64,000 nucleotides of DNA from Anaeromyxobacter sp. (lineage in GTDB: Bacteria > Myxococcota > Myxococcia > Myxococcales > Anaeromyxobacteraceae), in assembly GCA_049840735.1 (NCBI GenBank), contig JASGJN010000013.1:704001-768000 (forward strand), in the 5' to 3' direction. Below are positions 13,439 to 23,516 of this stretch, piece after piece. The notes beneath the pieces are model-generated. The model was not told the DNA's origin, did not search any database, and worked only from the letters and a program-made list of their open reading frames with translations. A program made the position numbers and the translations under genes. Each line of letters opens with the position of its first letter. Within the stretch, counting starts at the first letter, position 1.

Positions 13439-14050
13439 CTGTCCCGCCGCTCCACCACCGCCCGCGCCTTCACGCTCCTGGAGCTGATGGTCGTGATGGT
13501 CATCCTGGCCGGCCTGGCCATGCTGGTGGTGCCGGCCGTGGGGTCCATCACCGGCGCGAACGCGCGCAAGGCAGCGGGTGAGCTGGCGGGATCGATGCGG
13601 GCCCTCTTCGACACGGCCGCGCTGCGGCACGCCACCTGCCGCCTCGCCCTCGACCTGGAGCACCGGGCCTACTGGGCGGAGTGCGCACCCGGCGGCGCCG
13701 CGGTGATGACCAACCCCGACCGCGACGAGAAGGACCTGGCGGATTGCTTCCCGGCCGAGCCGGACGAGGAGATCCGGAAGCTGCTGGCCAGGTCCAAGTT
13801 CGGGCAGTTCAAGGACCGGCTGGTGGAGAAGCGCGAGCTCCCGGGCAGCGCGAAGTTCGGCGAGGTCCACGTGGAGGGGCGGCGCGACGCCTTCTCCAGC
13901 GGGATCGCCTACGTCTACTTCTTCCCCGGCGGCCAGGCCCAGCGCGCCTGGGTGCCGCTGGAGGACGGCAAGAACCTCTACACCATCGTGCTGGAGCCCT
14001 TCACGGGCCGCGCCCAGGTGGTGAACGGGAAGGTGGAGGTGAGCGAGTGA
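13439..14050 (+). CDS. gspH: Minor pseudopilin GspH (probable CTG start)
   Basis: In-frame SRRSTTARA|FTLLELMVVMVIL upstream of the first ATG; GGAGG SD 5 nt before CTG 13439. Confidence 0.8.
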   Translation: MSRRSTTARAFTLLELMVVMVILAGLAMLVVPAVGSITGANARKAAGELAGSMRALFDTAALRHATCRLALDLEHRAYWAECAPGGAAVMTNPDRDEKDLADCFPAEPDEEIRKLLARSKFGQFKDRLVEKRELPGSAKFGEVHVEGRRDAFSSGIAYVYFFPGGQAQRAWVPLEDGKNLYTIVLEPFTGRAQVVNGKVEVSE

Positions 14051-14748
14051 TCCGCCGCCGCCGCCCTGCCGGCTTCTCGCTGCTGGAGGTGATGATCGCG
14101 CTCGCCATCCTGGCGGCGGCGCTGCTCACCGCCTCGCAGATCACCGCCGCCTCGCTGCGCAACCACCGGCGCGCCATCCAGCTGGAGGTGGCGACCCTGC
14201 TGGCCCGCGGGAAGCTGGCGGAGCTGCAGGACGGCTACGAGCAGACCGGCTTCAAGGGGTTCGACGAGGAGGAGGAGGGCTCCTTCGAGGACGAGGGCCA
14301 CCCCGAGGTGCACTGGAAGGCGCACGTGGCCAGGCCGCGCATCGACCTCTCGCCGGACAAGCTGCTGGCCACGCTCACCGGCGGCGGCGCCAGCGGCGTC
14401 GGCGACCTGGGCAAGCTGCTGGGGCTGCAGGGCCAGGCGCAGGGCGGCAGCTCGAACCAGCCCGCCGGGATGGAGACGCTCTTCCCCGGCGCCGGCGCCA
14501 TGGCGGCCGGGCTGCAGGCGCAGCTGGCCACCATCGGCGAGGAGCTCAAGAGCGGCGTGCGCGAGCTGCGGCTCACCATCTCCTGGCAGGACGGCAAGCA
14601 GGAGGAGTCCTTCACGGTGGTGACGCACCTGGTGGTGCTGGCGCCGCCCGGCGCGGCCCCCATCGTCAACCTCGGCGCGCAGCAGGCGGGCCAGCAGCAG
14701 GGCGGGGACCAGCCCGCCACCGGCCAGCCGGGGGGGAAGACCCAGTGA
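14047..14748 (+). CDS. gspI: Minor pseudopilin GspI
   Basis: RRRRPAG|FSLLEVMIALAIL; GTGA overlap with gspH. Confidence 0.85.
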   Translation: MIRRRRPAGFSLLEVMIALAILAAALLTASQITAASLRNHRRAIQLEVATLLARGKLAELQDGYEQTGFKGFDEEEEGSFEDEGHPEVHWKAHVARPRIDLSPDKLLATLTGGGASGVGDLGKLLGLQGQAQGGSSNQPAGMETLFPGAGAMAAGLQAQLATIGEELKSGVRELRLTISWQDGKQEESFTVVTHLVVLAPPGAAPIVNLGAQQAGQQQGGDQPATGQPGGKTQ

Positions 14749-15410
14749 CCGCCCCCCGCCGCGCCGCGCGAGGCTTCTCGCTGCTCGAGGTGATGATCGT
14801 CCTCGGGATCCTGGGGCTCATCAGCGGGATGACCATCGGCGTGTTCCGGCAGATCGACACCGCCCGGGCCACGACCGCCGACCAGGGCGACCGCTACGCC
14901 GGCGCCCGGCTGGCGCTGACGCGGCTGTCGCGCGAGCTGTCGATGGCCTTCATCTCCGACCACTTCGACATGCGGCTGCGCGAGCGCCCCACCGCCTTCA
15001 TCGGGCGCGAGGACGGCGTGCTCTTCACCACCTTCGCGCACGAGCGGCTGATGGCCGACGCCCGCGAGTCGGACCAGGCGGTGGTGCAGTACACGCTGGA
15101 GAGCCTGCCGCAGCAGGAGAGCGGGCAGGGGCAGGGGCTCTTCCGCCGCGAGAAGATCCGCCTCGACGAGGACCTGGAGCGCGGCGGCCGCAAGGACCTG
15201 GTGGCCGAGCACGTGCTCTCGATCCGCTTCCGCTACTGGGACCCGCAGAAGAAGGACTGGGTGCGCGAGTGGTCCACCCGCTCCATCGATCGCACCAACG
15301 CGCTCCCCTCCCGCATCCGCATCGACTTGGAGCTGGCGCTGGCCGGCGGCAAGGTCGAGAAGCTCTCCACCGAGACCCGCGTGGCGCTGACGCGCCCCCT
15401 GGACTTCTGA
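14745..15410 (+). CDS. gspJ: Minor pseudopilin GspJ
   Basis: ARG|FSLLEVMIVLGIL; operon position. Confidence 0.87.
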   Translation: MTAPRRAARGFSLLEVMIVLGILGLISGMTIGVFRQIDTARATTADQGDRYAGARLALTRLSRELSMAFISDHFDMRLRERPTAFIGREDGVLFTTFAHERLMADARESDQAVVQYTLESLPQQESGQGQGLFRREKIRLDEDLERGGRKDLVAEHVLSIRFRYWDPQKKDWVREWSTRSIDRTNALPSRIRIDLELALAGGKVEKLSTETRVALTRPLDF

Positions 15411-16783
15411 TGCGCGCCTCCTCCCCCACCCCGCGCGGCGCAGCGCTGCTCATCGTCCTGGTGGCGATCGCGGTGGTGACCGCGCTGGCCGCCAACCTGG
15501 CCTACGAGACGCGGGTGCGCCTGCAGATCGCGGCCAACGGGCGCGACGCGCTCAAGGCCAGCGCGCAGGCGCAGAGCGGCGTGGCCATGGCGCGGCTGGT
15601 GCTGACGCTGCAAGCCCAGCTGGACCAGAACTCCGGGGCCATGTGCCAGGCCCTCGGGCAGGTCACCAACCTGCTGCAGGGCGGCGCCTCCGGCACCTCC
15701 GGGACCGCCGGAACGGCCGGCGCCGCGGGGGCCGCCGGGGCCGCGGGCGCGGCCGGCGGCGCGGGCTGTCCGCGGCCCCAGCTCTGGAGCCTGGTGCCGG
15801 TCGGCTCGACGCTCACCGACATGCTCTTCCCGCCCGAGGACGGGAGCGAGGCGCAGGCCCGCGAGCCCGAAGACGGGCCCGCCGTGCGCGCGGCGGAGCC
15901 CGGCGAGGAGGGCAGCTACCAGGCCACCATCGAGGACGAGGGGCAGAAGATCAACCTGCAGTTCGACGGCCTGATCCAGTCGGGTAACACCATCGGGCCG
16001 CAGGTCACCGCGCTGCTGCAGCTCACCTGCGATCCGAAGTGGGACCCGCTCTTCGACCGCGAGGACGAGGCCGGCCAGCGCTGGAACCGGGGCGACCTGC
16101 TCATCCACCTGCGCGACTTCGTGGACGACGACCAGGGGTCCTCGGGGCTCAAGGTCTCCTTCCCCAGCGCAGGCTGCTCGTTCCAGGTCCCGGCGGCCCC
16201 CATCGAGCAGGGGTTCGGTGGCGAGAACGGCCCCTACGATCGCGGCCAGGACCGCTACAAGGTGAAGAACGCGCGCTTCGACTCGCTGGAGGAGCTGCAC
16301 CTGGTGGCCGGCGTGAGCGAGGCCTTCATGGCCGCCTTCGGCGACCAGGTGACCGTCTACATGCCGCGGGACTCCGGCATGAACGTGAACAGCAAGGACC
16401 CGCGGCAGCAGCTGAACATCGCCAAGACCATGGCCGACCCGGCCTCGCTGGCCGCCGTGAACGACCCGGAGTTCGCCGCCCGCCTCACCAAGGCCATCAG
16501 CGACATGACCATGGGCGGCTTCATGACCATCACCCCGGTCCAGTTCGCCGGCATCGTCCAGTCGCTGGGCGTGACGGTCCGCAACGAGTACGTGGCGCAG
16601 ACGCAGAACAACGCCTTCACCGACCGCTCGATGGTGTTCCACATCCGGGCCTCCGGCACCGCCGGCGCCGTCACCAAGCGCATCGACGCGGTGGTCACCT
16701 TCGATCCCAACCAGAACCGGATCACCGACCCCGCGGCCGGGCAGGCCGTGGCCGGGCGGCTCATCCGCTGGCGCGAGGAGTAG
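15410..16783 (+). CDS. gspK: Minor pseudopilin GspK
   Basis: RG|AALLIVLVAI (no Glu5), IEDEGQKINL, FDSLEELHLVAGV, MNVNS. Confidence 0.9.
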   Translation: MRASSPTPRGAALLIVLVAIAVVTALAANLAYETRVRLQIAANGRDALKASAQAQSGVAMARLVLTLQAQLDQNSGAMCQALGQVTNLLQGGASGTSGTAGTAGAAGAAGAAGAAGGAGCPRPQLWSLVPVGSTLTDMLFPPEDGSEAQAREPEDGPAVRAAEPGEEGSYQATIEDEGQKINLQFDGLIQSGNTIGPQVTALLQLTCDPKWDPLFDREDEAGQRWNRGDLLIHLRDFVDDDQGSSGLKVSFPSAGCSFQVPAAPIEQGFGGENGPYDRGQDRYKVKNARFDSLEELHLVAGVSEAFMAAFGDQVTVYMPRDSGMNVNSKDPRQQLNIAKTMADPASLAAVNDPEFAARLTKAISDMTMGGFMTITPVQFAGIVQSLGVTVRNEYVAQTQNNAFTDRSMVFHIRASGTAGAVTKRIDAVVTFDPNQNRITDPAAGQAVAGRLIRWREE

Positions 16784-16787
16784 ACGC

Positions 16788-18431
16788 ATGTCGCAGATGA
16801 TCCTGGGGCTCGACCTGGGCGCCACGGCGGTGAGGGCGGTGCTGCTGGAGAGCACCTACCGCGGCTTCGCCGTGGCGGGGCGCTCGCAGGTCCGCGTCGC
16901 GGCCGGCGGGCCGGACGCGCCGCCGCTCTTGGCGCGGCAGGCGGCGGCGGTCGAGGCGCTGCTGGCGGCGGAGGGCTGGAGGCCGGACGACGTGCTGGTG
17001 GCGGTCCCGGGCGCCGGCATGGCCGCGAGCCTGGTCTCCCTCCCCTTCACCGATCAGCGCCGCATCGAGCAGACCATCGCCTTCGAGGTGGAGGGGCAGC
17101 TCCCCTTCGAGCTGGACACGGTGGCCTGGGACTGGCAGCCGCTGGCGCCGGCCCGCGCCGAGCGCTCCGACCTGCTGGTGGGCGTGGCGCGCAAGGAGGA
17201 GCTGGCGGCGCTCCTGGCGGCGCTGCAGCCCGCCGGGCTCGACCCGCGCATGGTGATCCCGCCCGCGCCGGCCTACGCCGCGCTGGTGGCGCTGGGCGGG
17301 CTGGACGCCACCCGGCCCGCGGCCGAGGAGGGCGCGCCGCCGGAGGCGGGCACCGCGCTCGTCATCGACATGGGCGCGGAGCGGACCAGCCTCTGCTTCG
17401 CCTCCGCGGCCGGCTGCGAGGCGGCCCGCAGCTTCGCCTTCGGCGCCGGCGCGCTGGCCCGCAGCCTGGTGCGCGCGCTGGGCATCACCGAGGCCGAGGC
17501 GCAGCTGGCGCTCTCCGCCGAGGCCCAGGGCGAGCCGCTCCCGGAGCCCCTGGCCGAGCGGCTGGGCGATCCGCGCGCCGGGGCGGCCCTGCAGGCGGGC
17601 CTGGCCCCGCTGGTGCGCGAGCTGCGCGCCACCCTGCGCGCCTGGCGCGCCCGCAGCGGCGGCAAGCTGGCGCGGGTGCACCTGGCCGGCGCGCTGGCCG
17701 GGCTGCCCGGGCTGCCCGAGCTGCTGGCGCCGGAGGTGGACGCGCCGGTGGCGCCGCTGGCGCTTGGCCCGCTGCCGGGCGTGGCGCTCCCGCCGGAGGA
17801 GACCCCGGCGCTGGCCCTGGCCCTCTCGCTGGCGCTGCGAGGCCACCAGGGCGCCCGCGGCCCGCGCCTCAACCTGCGCCGCGGGGCGCTGGCCTTCACG
17901 CGCGACTTCGAGCACCTCAAGGGCCGGGTGGTCCGCCTGGCGGTCTTCGGCGGGCTGATCCTGGTCCTGGCGGTGGTCAGCGCCGGGGTGAAGCTCTTCG
18001 CCCTCTCGCACCAGGAGGCGCTGCTCGACCGCGCCCTCTGCGACGCCGAGACCAGCATCCTGGGCAAGTGCTACGACGACCCCGCGCAGGCGGAGGCGGA
18101 GCTGCGCGGCAGGGGGACCCTGGGCGCCTCGCTGCCCAAGGCCACCGCGGTGGACCTGCTGGCCGATTCCTCGCAGCGCGTGCCGGTGGACGTGAAGGTC
18201 CGCTTCGACCGGATCGACATCACCCGCGAGAAGCTGCACCTCGAGGGCACCACCGCCGACGCCGCCAGCGTGGATCGGATCGTGAGCGGGCTGCAGGCCT
18301 CGCGCTGCTTCAAGGACGCCCGATCGGGCGCGTCCCACAAGCGGCCGGATGGCCGGTTCGAGTTCTCCGTGGACGCAGGCCTGTCCTGCCTCGAGACGGG
18401 CGTCGACGGCGGCGCCGGCGGGAGGGGCTGA
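16788..18431 (+). CDS. gspL: GspL (PilM/actin-like cytoplasmic domain, TM, periplasmic domain)
   Basis: ILGLDLGATAVRAV, VIDMGAERT, single TM; operon position. Confidence 0.85.
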   Translation: MSQMILGLDLGATAVRAVLLESTYRGFAVAGRSQVRVAAGGPDAPPLLARQAAAVEALLAAEGWRPDDVLVAVPGAGMAASLVSLPFTDQRRIEQTIAFEVEGQLPFELDTVAWDWQPLAPARAERSDLLVGVARKEELAALLAALQPAGLDPRMVIPPAPAYAALVALGGLDATRPAAEEGAPPEAGTALVIDMGAERTSLCFASAAGCEAARSFAFGAGALARSLVRALGITEAEAQLALSAEAQGEPLPEPLAERLGDPRAGAALQAGLAPLVRELRATLRAWRARSGGKLARVHLAGALAGLPGLPELLAPEVDAPVAPLALGPLPGVALPPEETPALALALSLALRGHQGARGPRLNLRRGALAFTRDFEHLKGRVVRLAVFGGLILVLAVVSAGVKLFALSHQEALLDRALCDAETSILGKCYDDPAQAEAELRGRGTLGASLPKATAVDLLADSSQRVPVDVKVRFDRIDITREKLHLEGTTADAASVDRIVSGLQASRCFKDARSGASHKRPDGRFEFSVDAGLSCLETGVDGGAGGRG

Positions 18432-18432
18432 G

Positions 18433-18993
18433 ATGGAACGCCTTCGCAAGCTGCAGGCCGACCTGGCCGCCTGGTTCGCCAAGCTCAACCCGCGCGAGCG
18501 GGTCATGGTCAGCGCCGCCGCCGTGGCGGTGGCCCTCTTCGTGGTCTGGCTGGTCTCGATGCAGATCGGGCGCGGGCTCACCGCCCGCGAGCAGCGCATC
18601 GGCGACAAGACCCAGTTCCTGGCGCAGATCGGCAAGCTGGCCGACGGCTACCACCAGCGCAAGGCCGAGCGCGCCGCGCTGGAGGCCCGGCTGCGCGCGC
18701 CGCCGGTCCAGCTCCTCACCTTCGTCACGACCAAGGGCCAGGCCCTCTCCATCGACGTGGGCGACGTCAGGCCGGTGACCACGCCGGGCGACGTGGAGGG
18801 GCTGGTGGAGGAGTCGGCCGAGATCAACCTGGCCAAGGTGGAGCTGGCGCGGCTGGCGCGCTTCCTCCAGTCGCTGGAGCACGACCAGGGCGTGGTGCGC
18901 GTGCGCCGCATCCGGCTCACCACCCGCGCCGACGACACCAAGCTGGTGGACGCCACCTTCACCGTCTCCACGTACCGGCTCAAGGGGAGCTGA
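18433..18993 (+). CDS. gspM: GspM
   Basis: WFAKLNPRERVMV followed by TM and coiled coil. Confidence 0.85.
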   Translation: MERLRKLQADLAAWFAKLNPRERVMVSAAAVAVALFVVWLVSMQIGRGLTAREQRIGDKTQFLAQIGKLADGYHQRKAERAALEARLRAPPVQLLTFVTTKGQALSIDVGDVRPVTTPGDVEGLVEESAEINLAKVELARLARFLQSLEHDQGVVRVRRIRLTTRADDTKLVDATFTVSTYRLKGS

Positions 18994-18999
18994 TCCGCC

Positions 19000-19941
19000 A
19001 TGCCCAAGCACCTCGACTGGCGCCTCCTCCACTGGCTGGGCCGCAAGCCGCGCCTGCTCTACGGCGCGTTCGTGGCGATCGCGTTCATCGTCTCCCTGCG
19101 CCTCACCTTCCCCTCCGAGGCGGTGAAGGAGCGGCTGGTCTACGAGGTGGGCCGCCAGGGCTGGCAGCTCAACTGGCAGGCTGGCCAGGGCGGCGAGCTC
19201 GGGCCGGCCGGGATGCTGGGCCTCCACGCCACCAGCTTCGAGCTGGAGGACCGGACCGGGCTCAAGATCCCCATCGACGAGATGACCGTGACGCTGCGCC
19301 CCCTGCCGCTCCTGATCGGCCGGCGCGTGGCCGGGATCGACGCGCGGGCCTACGGCGGGCGGCTGAAGGGGACCGTGGCGCTCTCCGGGGCCGAGCGCCC
19401 CGTGGACCTGGAGCTGACCGACCTCGACCTCGGCCAGGCCGTGCGCCTCCGCCAGGCCACCGGCCTGCAGGTGAAGGGCGTGGCCAGGGGGCAGGTGGAC
19501 GTGGTCCTGGTCGCGGACGGGAAGCACACCGGCCAGGTGAACCTGGACCTCGCCGGCGTGGACGTGGCCGGCGCGCAGGTCCCCATCCCCGGCATGGGCA
19601 GCGGCCTCCCGCTGCCGCGGCTGGCGCTCGGGAACGTGACGCTTGCCGCCAAGATGGAGAACGGCAAGGCCACCGCCGAGAAGCTCCAGACCCGCGGCGG
19701 CGACGCCGAGCTGACCGCCGACGGCGCCTACGCGGTGCTCTCGCCGCGGATCGACGGCGTGCTGCTCAACGGCAACGTGAAGCTCAAGCTGCAGGACAGC
19801 TTCTGGACCAAGCCCGAGACCTCCAGCTTCCGCGGCCTGGTCGAGAACAGCCTGCCCCACGGGCCGGACGGGACCTACGCGTTCCAGCTGTCGGGGACGC
19901 TCACGCACCCGAACCTGCAGCCGGCGAGGAATCCGCAGTAG
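19000..19941 (+). CDS. gspN: GspN
   Basis: N-terminal TM + LTFP, beta-rich body, C-terminal LSGTLTHP; last gene of the operon. Confidence 0.8.
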   Translation: MPKHLDWRLLHWLGRKPRLLYGAFVAIAFIVSLRLTFPSEAVKERLVYEVGRQGWQLNWQAGQGGELGPAGMLGLHATSFELEDRTGLKIPIDEMTVTLRPLPLLIGRRVAGIDARAYGGRLKGTVALSGAERPVDLELTDLDLGQAVRLRQATGLQVKGVARGQVDVVLVADGKHTGQVNLDLAGVDVAGAQVPIPGMGSGLPLPRLALGNVTLAAKMENGKATAEKLQTRGGDAELTADGAYAVLSPRIDGVLLNGNVKLKLQDSFWTKPETSSFRGLVENSLPHGPDGTYAFQLSGTLTHPNLQPARNPQ

Positions 19942-20202
19942 CGGGCCATCGGGCCAACGAGCCCCGGCGCTGGCGAAGGCCGCGTCCACATGCCGGCGCG
20001 ACTGGCGCGCGTTAGCGGACGGCTTCCCGGGCCTTGGCGCTCCCAAGCGGCCCTTCGCGTGCGCCCAGGGCTGGGGTTTCCCCCGCCGGCGGCGCGGCGT
20101 TTCGACCCACAGCGAAGTTCGCCAGGCATTCTGGAGCACGCCGCATGTAACGTTCGCGCGTGCCGCGCCCGAGCGATCGGAGCGTGTGCCGGGGAGGCAA
20201 GC

Positions 20203-21811
20203 TTGCTCACCATCGTCCCGAGACGGTCGAACCGGTGTGCGTCGCGCGCGCTGGGCGTCATCCCGCATCTTGCCGCGCTCTTGCTCTCTCTCGGATGCGG
20301 GCAGGAACCGCCGGCCACAGAGCCACCGCGAGCCACGCCCCAGGCTTCAGACGTTGGGGCCCAAGCAGGCGAAGCCGTGGCCTACGAGTACGACGGCGCC
20401 GGTAACATCATCACGGTCACTGCCAGCCCAATCGCGAGCCTCACCCTGACCGATTTCAGCCCGCACGCGGGCGGATTCGGCCAGATCGTCACCGTCCATG
20501 GGTCAGGCTTCGGACCATCGACGATCCTGGGCGACGTGATGCTCGGCGACACCCGCATCACGCCGATCGCGACCACTGCCTCCATGATCACGTTCGCCGT
20601 GCCTGAAGGCGCGGCCAGTGGCAGGATCACCGTCGAGGCGGGAGAAAGAACGGTCACCAGCTCAGCCGATTTCACGGTCATCCCGGACGTCAGGGTGACG
20701 GACTTCTGGCCAAAGGCCGCGCCCGTTGGCGCCCTGGTCACGGTTTCCGGGTTCAATTTCGACCGCACCACCACCAACAACACCCTCCAGATCGGCGCGG
20801 GACAGGTTGCGGTCCAGAGCGCCTCGCTGAACTCGCTGACGACTCGGCCCTCGATTGCGGCCACCACCGGAAGGATCACCGTAAGCAACACTCGCGGCTC
20901 CGGCACCAGCTCCGGATTCTTCTTCCTTCTTCCCAATGGCTACGAATCCTCGGACGTGGAATTCACGGCAGAACTTCCCGGAACCCAGCCTGTCACCGCG
21001 ACGACCTCCACAGCCCAACGGGTCGCTGTGCTCGAGTTCGAGGGGACCAAGGGCGAATACGTCACCTTGTTCGTGGGCAACGTCACCTATCCGGGCTCGA
21101 CGGCGATCAAGGTATACGTTCCAGGCGGTGGCCTGATCTACTCGGGAACAGTCACGGCTGCGGCTTCGACCAAGCACGCGTTGCCACCTCTGCCGATCAC
21201 TGGCGCGTACACCGTGGTGCTCGATCCCGCCTCCAACGCGACGGGTTCGGCGGCCATCCAGCACCTATCGAATGTGGTGGTCGCCCTCACTCCAGGGGAT
21301 GCCGCACCACCGCTCTCATTCGCCCCAGGCCAGAACGGCCACTACACGTTCAGTGGCTCCGCCGGCGACCTCCTGAACCTTGGCTGCAGCTCAGTCTCGC
21401 CTGCGCCCTCCAACAGCACGCTGACCTTCACCCTGTACGGGCCGAGCGATGCGAATCTCTGGAGCCGAACCATCTCTGCGCCCACCGGGGCAGCTCTTCC
21501 GGCGCTCCCGTCCACCGGCACCTACCGGATGGCGGTCACGCCATCTGGAACGGCCGGCGGCTCAGTGACTTGCATGCTCACTGCGCCGGACTTCGGGACG
21601 GTCGTGGTGGATGCTGACGCCACCGCATTCCAGAACGACACGGTCGGCCAGCAAGGGCGGTTCATGTTCACCGCGGACGCCGGCTATGTACTCGGCCTCG
21701 CCCTGACATCCTACTCCGTCTCGCCCGATGCAGGCTCACTGAGCCTGACAGTGTATGCGCCCGGCGGAGCCAAGGTCTGGAGCGCGTCTGCGAGCACGGT
21801 GCGCAGCTGGC
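20203..21811 (+). pseudogene. 5' part of a large lipoprotein (lipobox, single YD-like repeat, two IPT/TIG domains, PPC-like beta-sandwich repeats), interrupted by an IS
   Basis: TTG start after GGGGAGG; LAALLLSLG|C; YEYDGAGNI; LTDFSPHAGGFGQIVTVHGSGF and VTDFWPKAAPVGALVTVSGFNF. The frame continues at 23517 once the IS is removed. Confidence 0.75.
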
Positions 21812-23505
21812 CAGACCTGATTCCCGCTGACCCGTCGTCTCGCGATTCTCGCGCCTGGGGCGCTTGAGAGTCCAACTCGCGCCGAGACGAGGGTGATTTT
21901 CGTGGCGCGGGGCCGACTCCGCCCGCCGTCGCCTCGGATTCCTGATCGGCAAGATCGACGCCGCGATCCACCTCGGCGATCATCCCGCCCGCGCAAAAGG
22001 AGAAGGGGTGGAGGCTATGCGGGCCCCCACCCCCAAAGACGGCCGAACTCGCGCAAAACGAGAAGAGGCCGAGAGGCAGGAGATCATGCCGATCACCGAA
22101 ACACAAGCCCGACGTGCCCTGCGGCACGCCGACATCCCGTGGGACCACGGAGTCGAGGACCCTCGCGAGGAGGCCTGGGTCGTCCACGACCACCTGGGCC
22201 TGCTGGGAGGCCTGGCCGCCGCGTTCTCCGTGGGCTGTCGGACGCTGCGGCGCGCCGAGGACTTCTTTGCCGACCTCGGCCTGGGCGCTCGCCGCGCGCT
22301 GGGACTCCCGGTCGCGGGGAAGCCGTGCGACACCACCCTCTACCGCCTGCTCGCCCAGCAGGACCCAGCCGGCCTGGAGGAGACCGTCTTCGCGCAGGCG
22401 AAGGATTCTCGTCGCCCGCAAGGTGGCCAGGAACGATCGTTTCCCGGTCGGCGTGATGAGCTTCGACGGCAAGGGGACCTGGTCCCGGATCGACGGCGAG
22501 GAGCTGCCCGGCGCCCTGCAGTCGGCCTACGACGCCGCGGGATCCTCGCTGCAGACCTTCGGCGCCCTCCGCGCCGCGCTGACCTCCTCCTCCGCCTGCC
22601 TCTGCGTCGGACAGCGGATCATCGGCTCCAAGGAGGGCGAGTCCCCCGCCTTCCGGGAACTGCTCCCCAAGATCCACGAGGCGCTGGGCGGGCAGTTCCG
22701 CATCGTCACCGGCGACGCAGGCCTCTGCGCCCGCGAGAACGCGGAGCTCGTGAGCTCGCTCGGCTGCTGGTACCTGTTCGGCCTCAAGGGCAACCAGCCG
22801 TACCTGCACGCCTTCGCCCGCGAGCACGGCGAGTACACGATTGGTGACCCGGTCGCCCGGACCACCGAGCGGTACAGAGGTAACGTCGTGGTGCGGGAGC
22901 TCTACGTCCGCGACGTCGCCGGCAGCCCCTCCGTCGTCATGGAGGGCGCCCAGCAGCTTTGGTACGTCTGCCAGACCACGACCGACCGGCGCGGCGAGAT
23001 CGTGGCGGTCGAGCAGCGGTACTTCGTCACCTCGATCCCCACCGGGACCCTGACCCGGGACCAGGAGCTGGCGCTCGTCCGTCTGCACTGGGGGATCGAG
23101 AACCGCTGCCACTGGACCCTGGACGTGGTGCTGGGCGAGGACGATGGCCACCCCTGCCAGGCGAACCGGGCCGCCATCGAGACCGTCAGCTGGCTGCGGA
23201 TCATCGGCTACAACGCGCTGAGCGCCTGGCGGGCCCTGGCGCCTCGCAAGGACGGCGGCCCCATCGCCTGGGCCCGTGCCGCGGAGACCCTCCGCGACGC
23301 GCTGCTCGCCGCCCGCGTCGCCGATCAGCACGGGCCCGCTGTCGTCACCTGAACCACCGGCCCGCAGGCCGCCCCTTCTTCATTGCGCGCTGACAACCTG
23401 ACCCGTCCCGCGGCCGACGCCGCTGGGCGACCTGCGTCCCGCCGCTGAGAGTGCGGCGCCGAGATACCGGCGAAGCTCATCCCGCGTCAGCGCGGATCGG
23501 GTCTG
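21812..23505 (+). mobile_element. ISAs1-family insertion sequence
   Basis: Terminal IRs CAGACCTGATTCCCGCTGAC and (reverse complement) CAGACCCGATCCGCGCTGAC match 17/20; direct repeat GCGCAGCTGGC at 21801-21811 and 23506-23516. Confidence 0.9.
22017..23352 (+). CDS. ISAs1-family DDE transposase; frameshift at ~22406
   Basis: SFDGK, VTGDAGLC, LKGNQP, HWGIENRCHWTLDVVLGED. Confidence 0.88.
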
Positions 23506-23516
23506 GCGCAGCTGGC

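Noticed and set aside
15680..15765. Gly-X-X repeat in gspK as a collagen-like domain or contingency repeat
   Set aside because: Short, codon-degenerate low-complexity loop typical of high-GC proteins.
19942..20202. Sigma54 promoter or att site at the island's left edge
   Set aside because: GG...GC candidates have 9-bp rather than 10-bp spacing; no tRNA, integrase or flanking direct repeat was found by eye.
19990..21867. Stand-alone 625-aa protein from the ORF track
   Set aside because: Its C-terminus reads into the IS left end; the true gene continues at 23517 and probably starts at TTG 20203.
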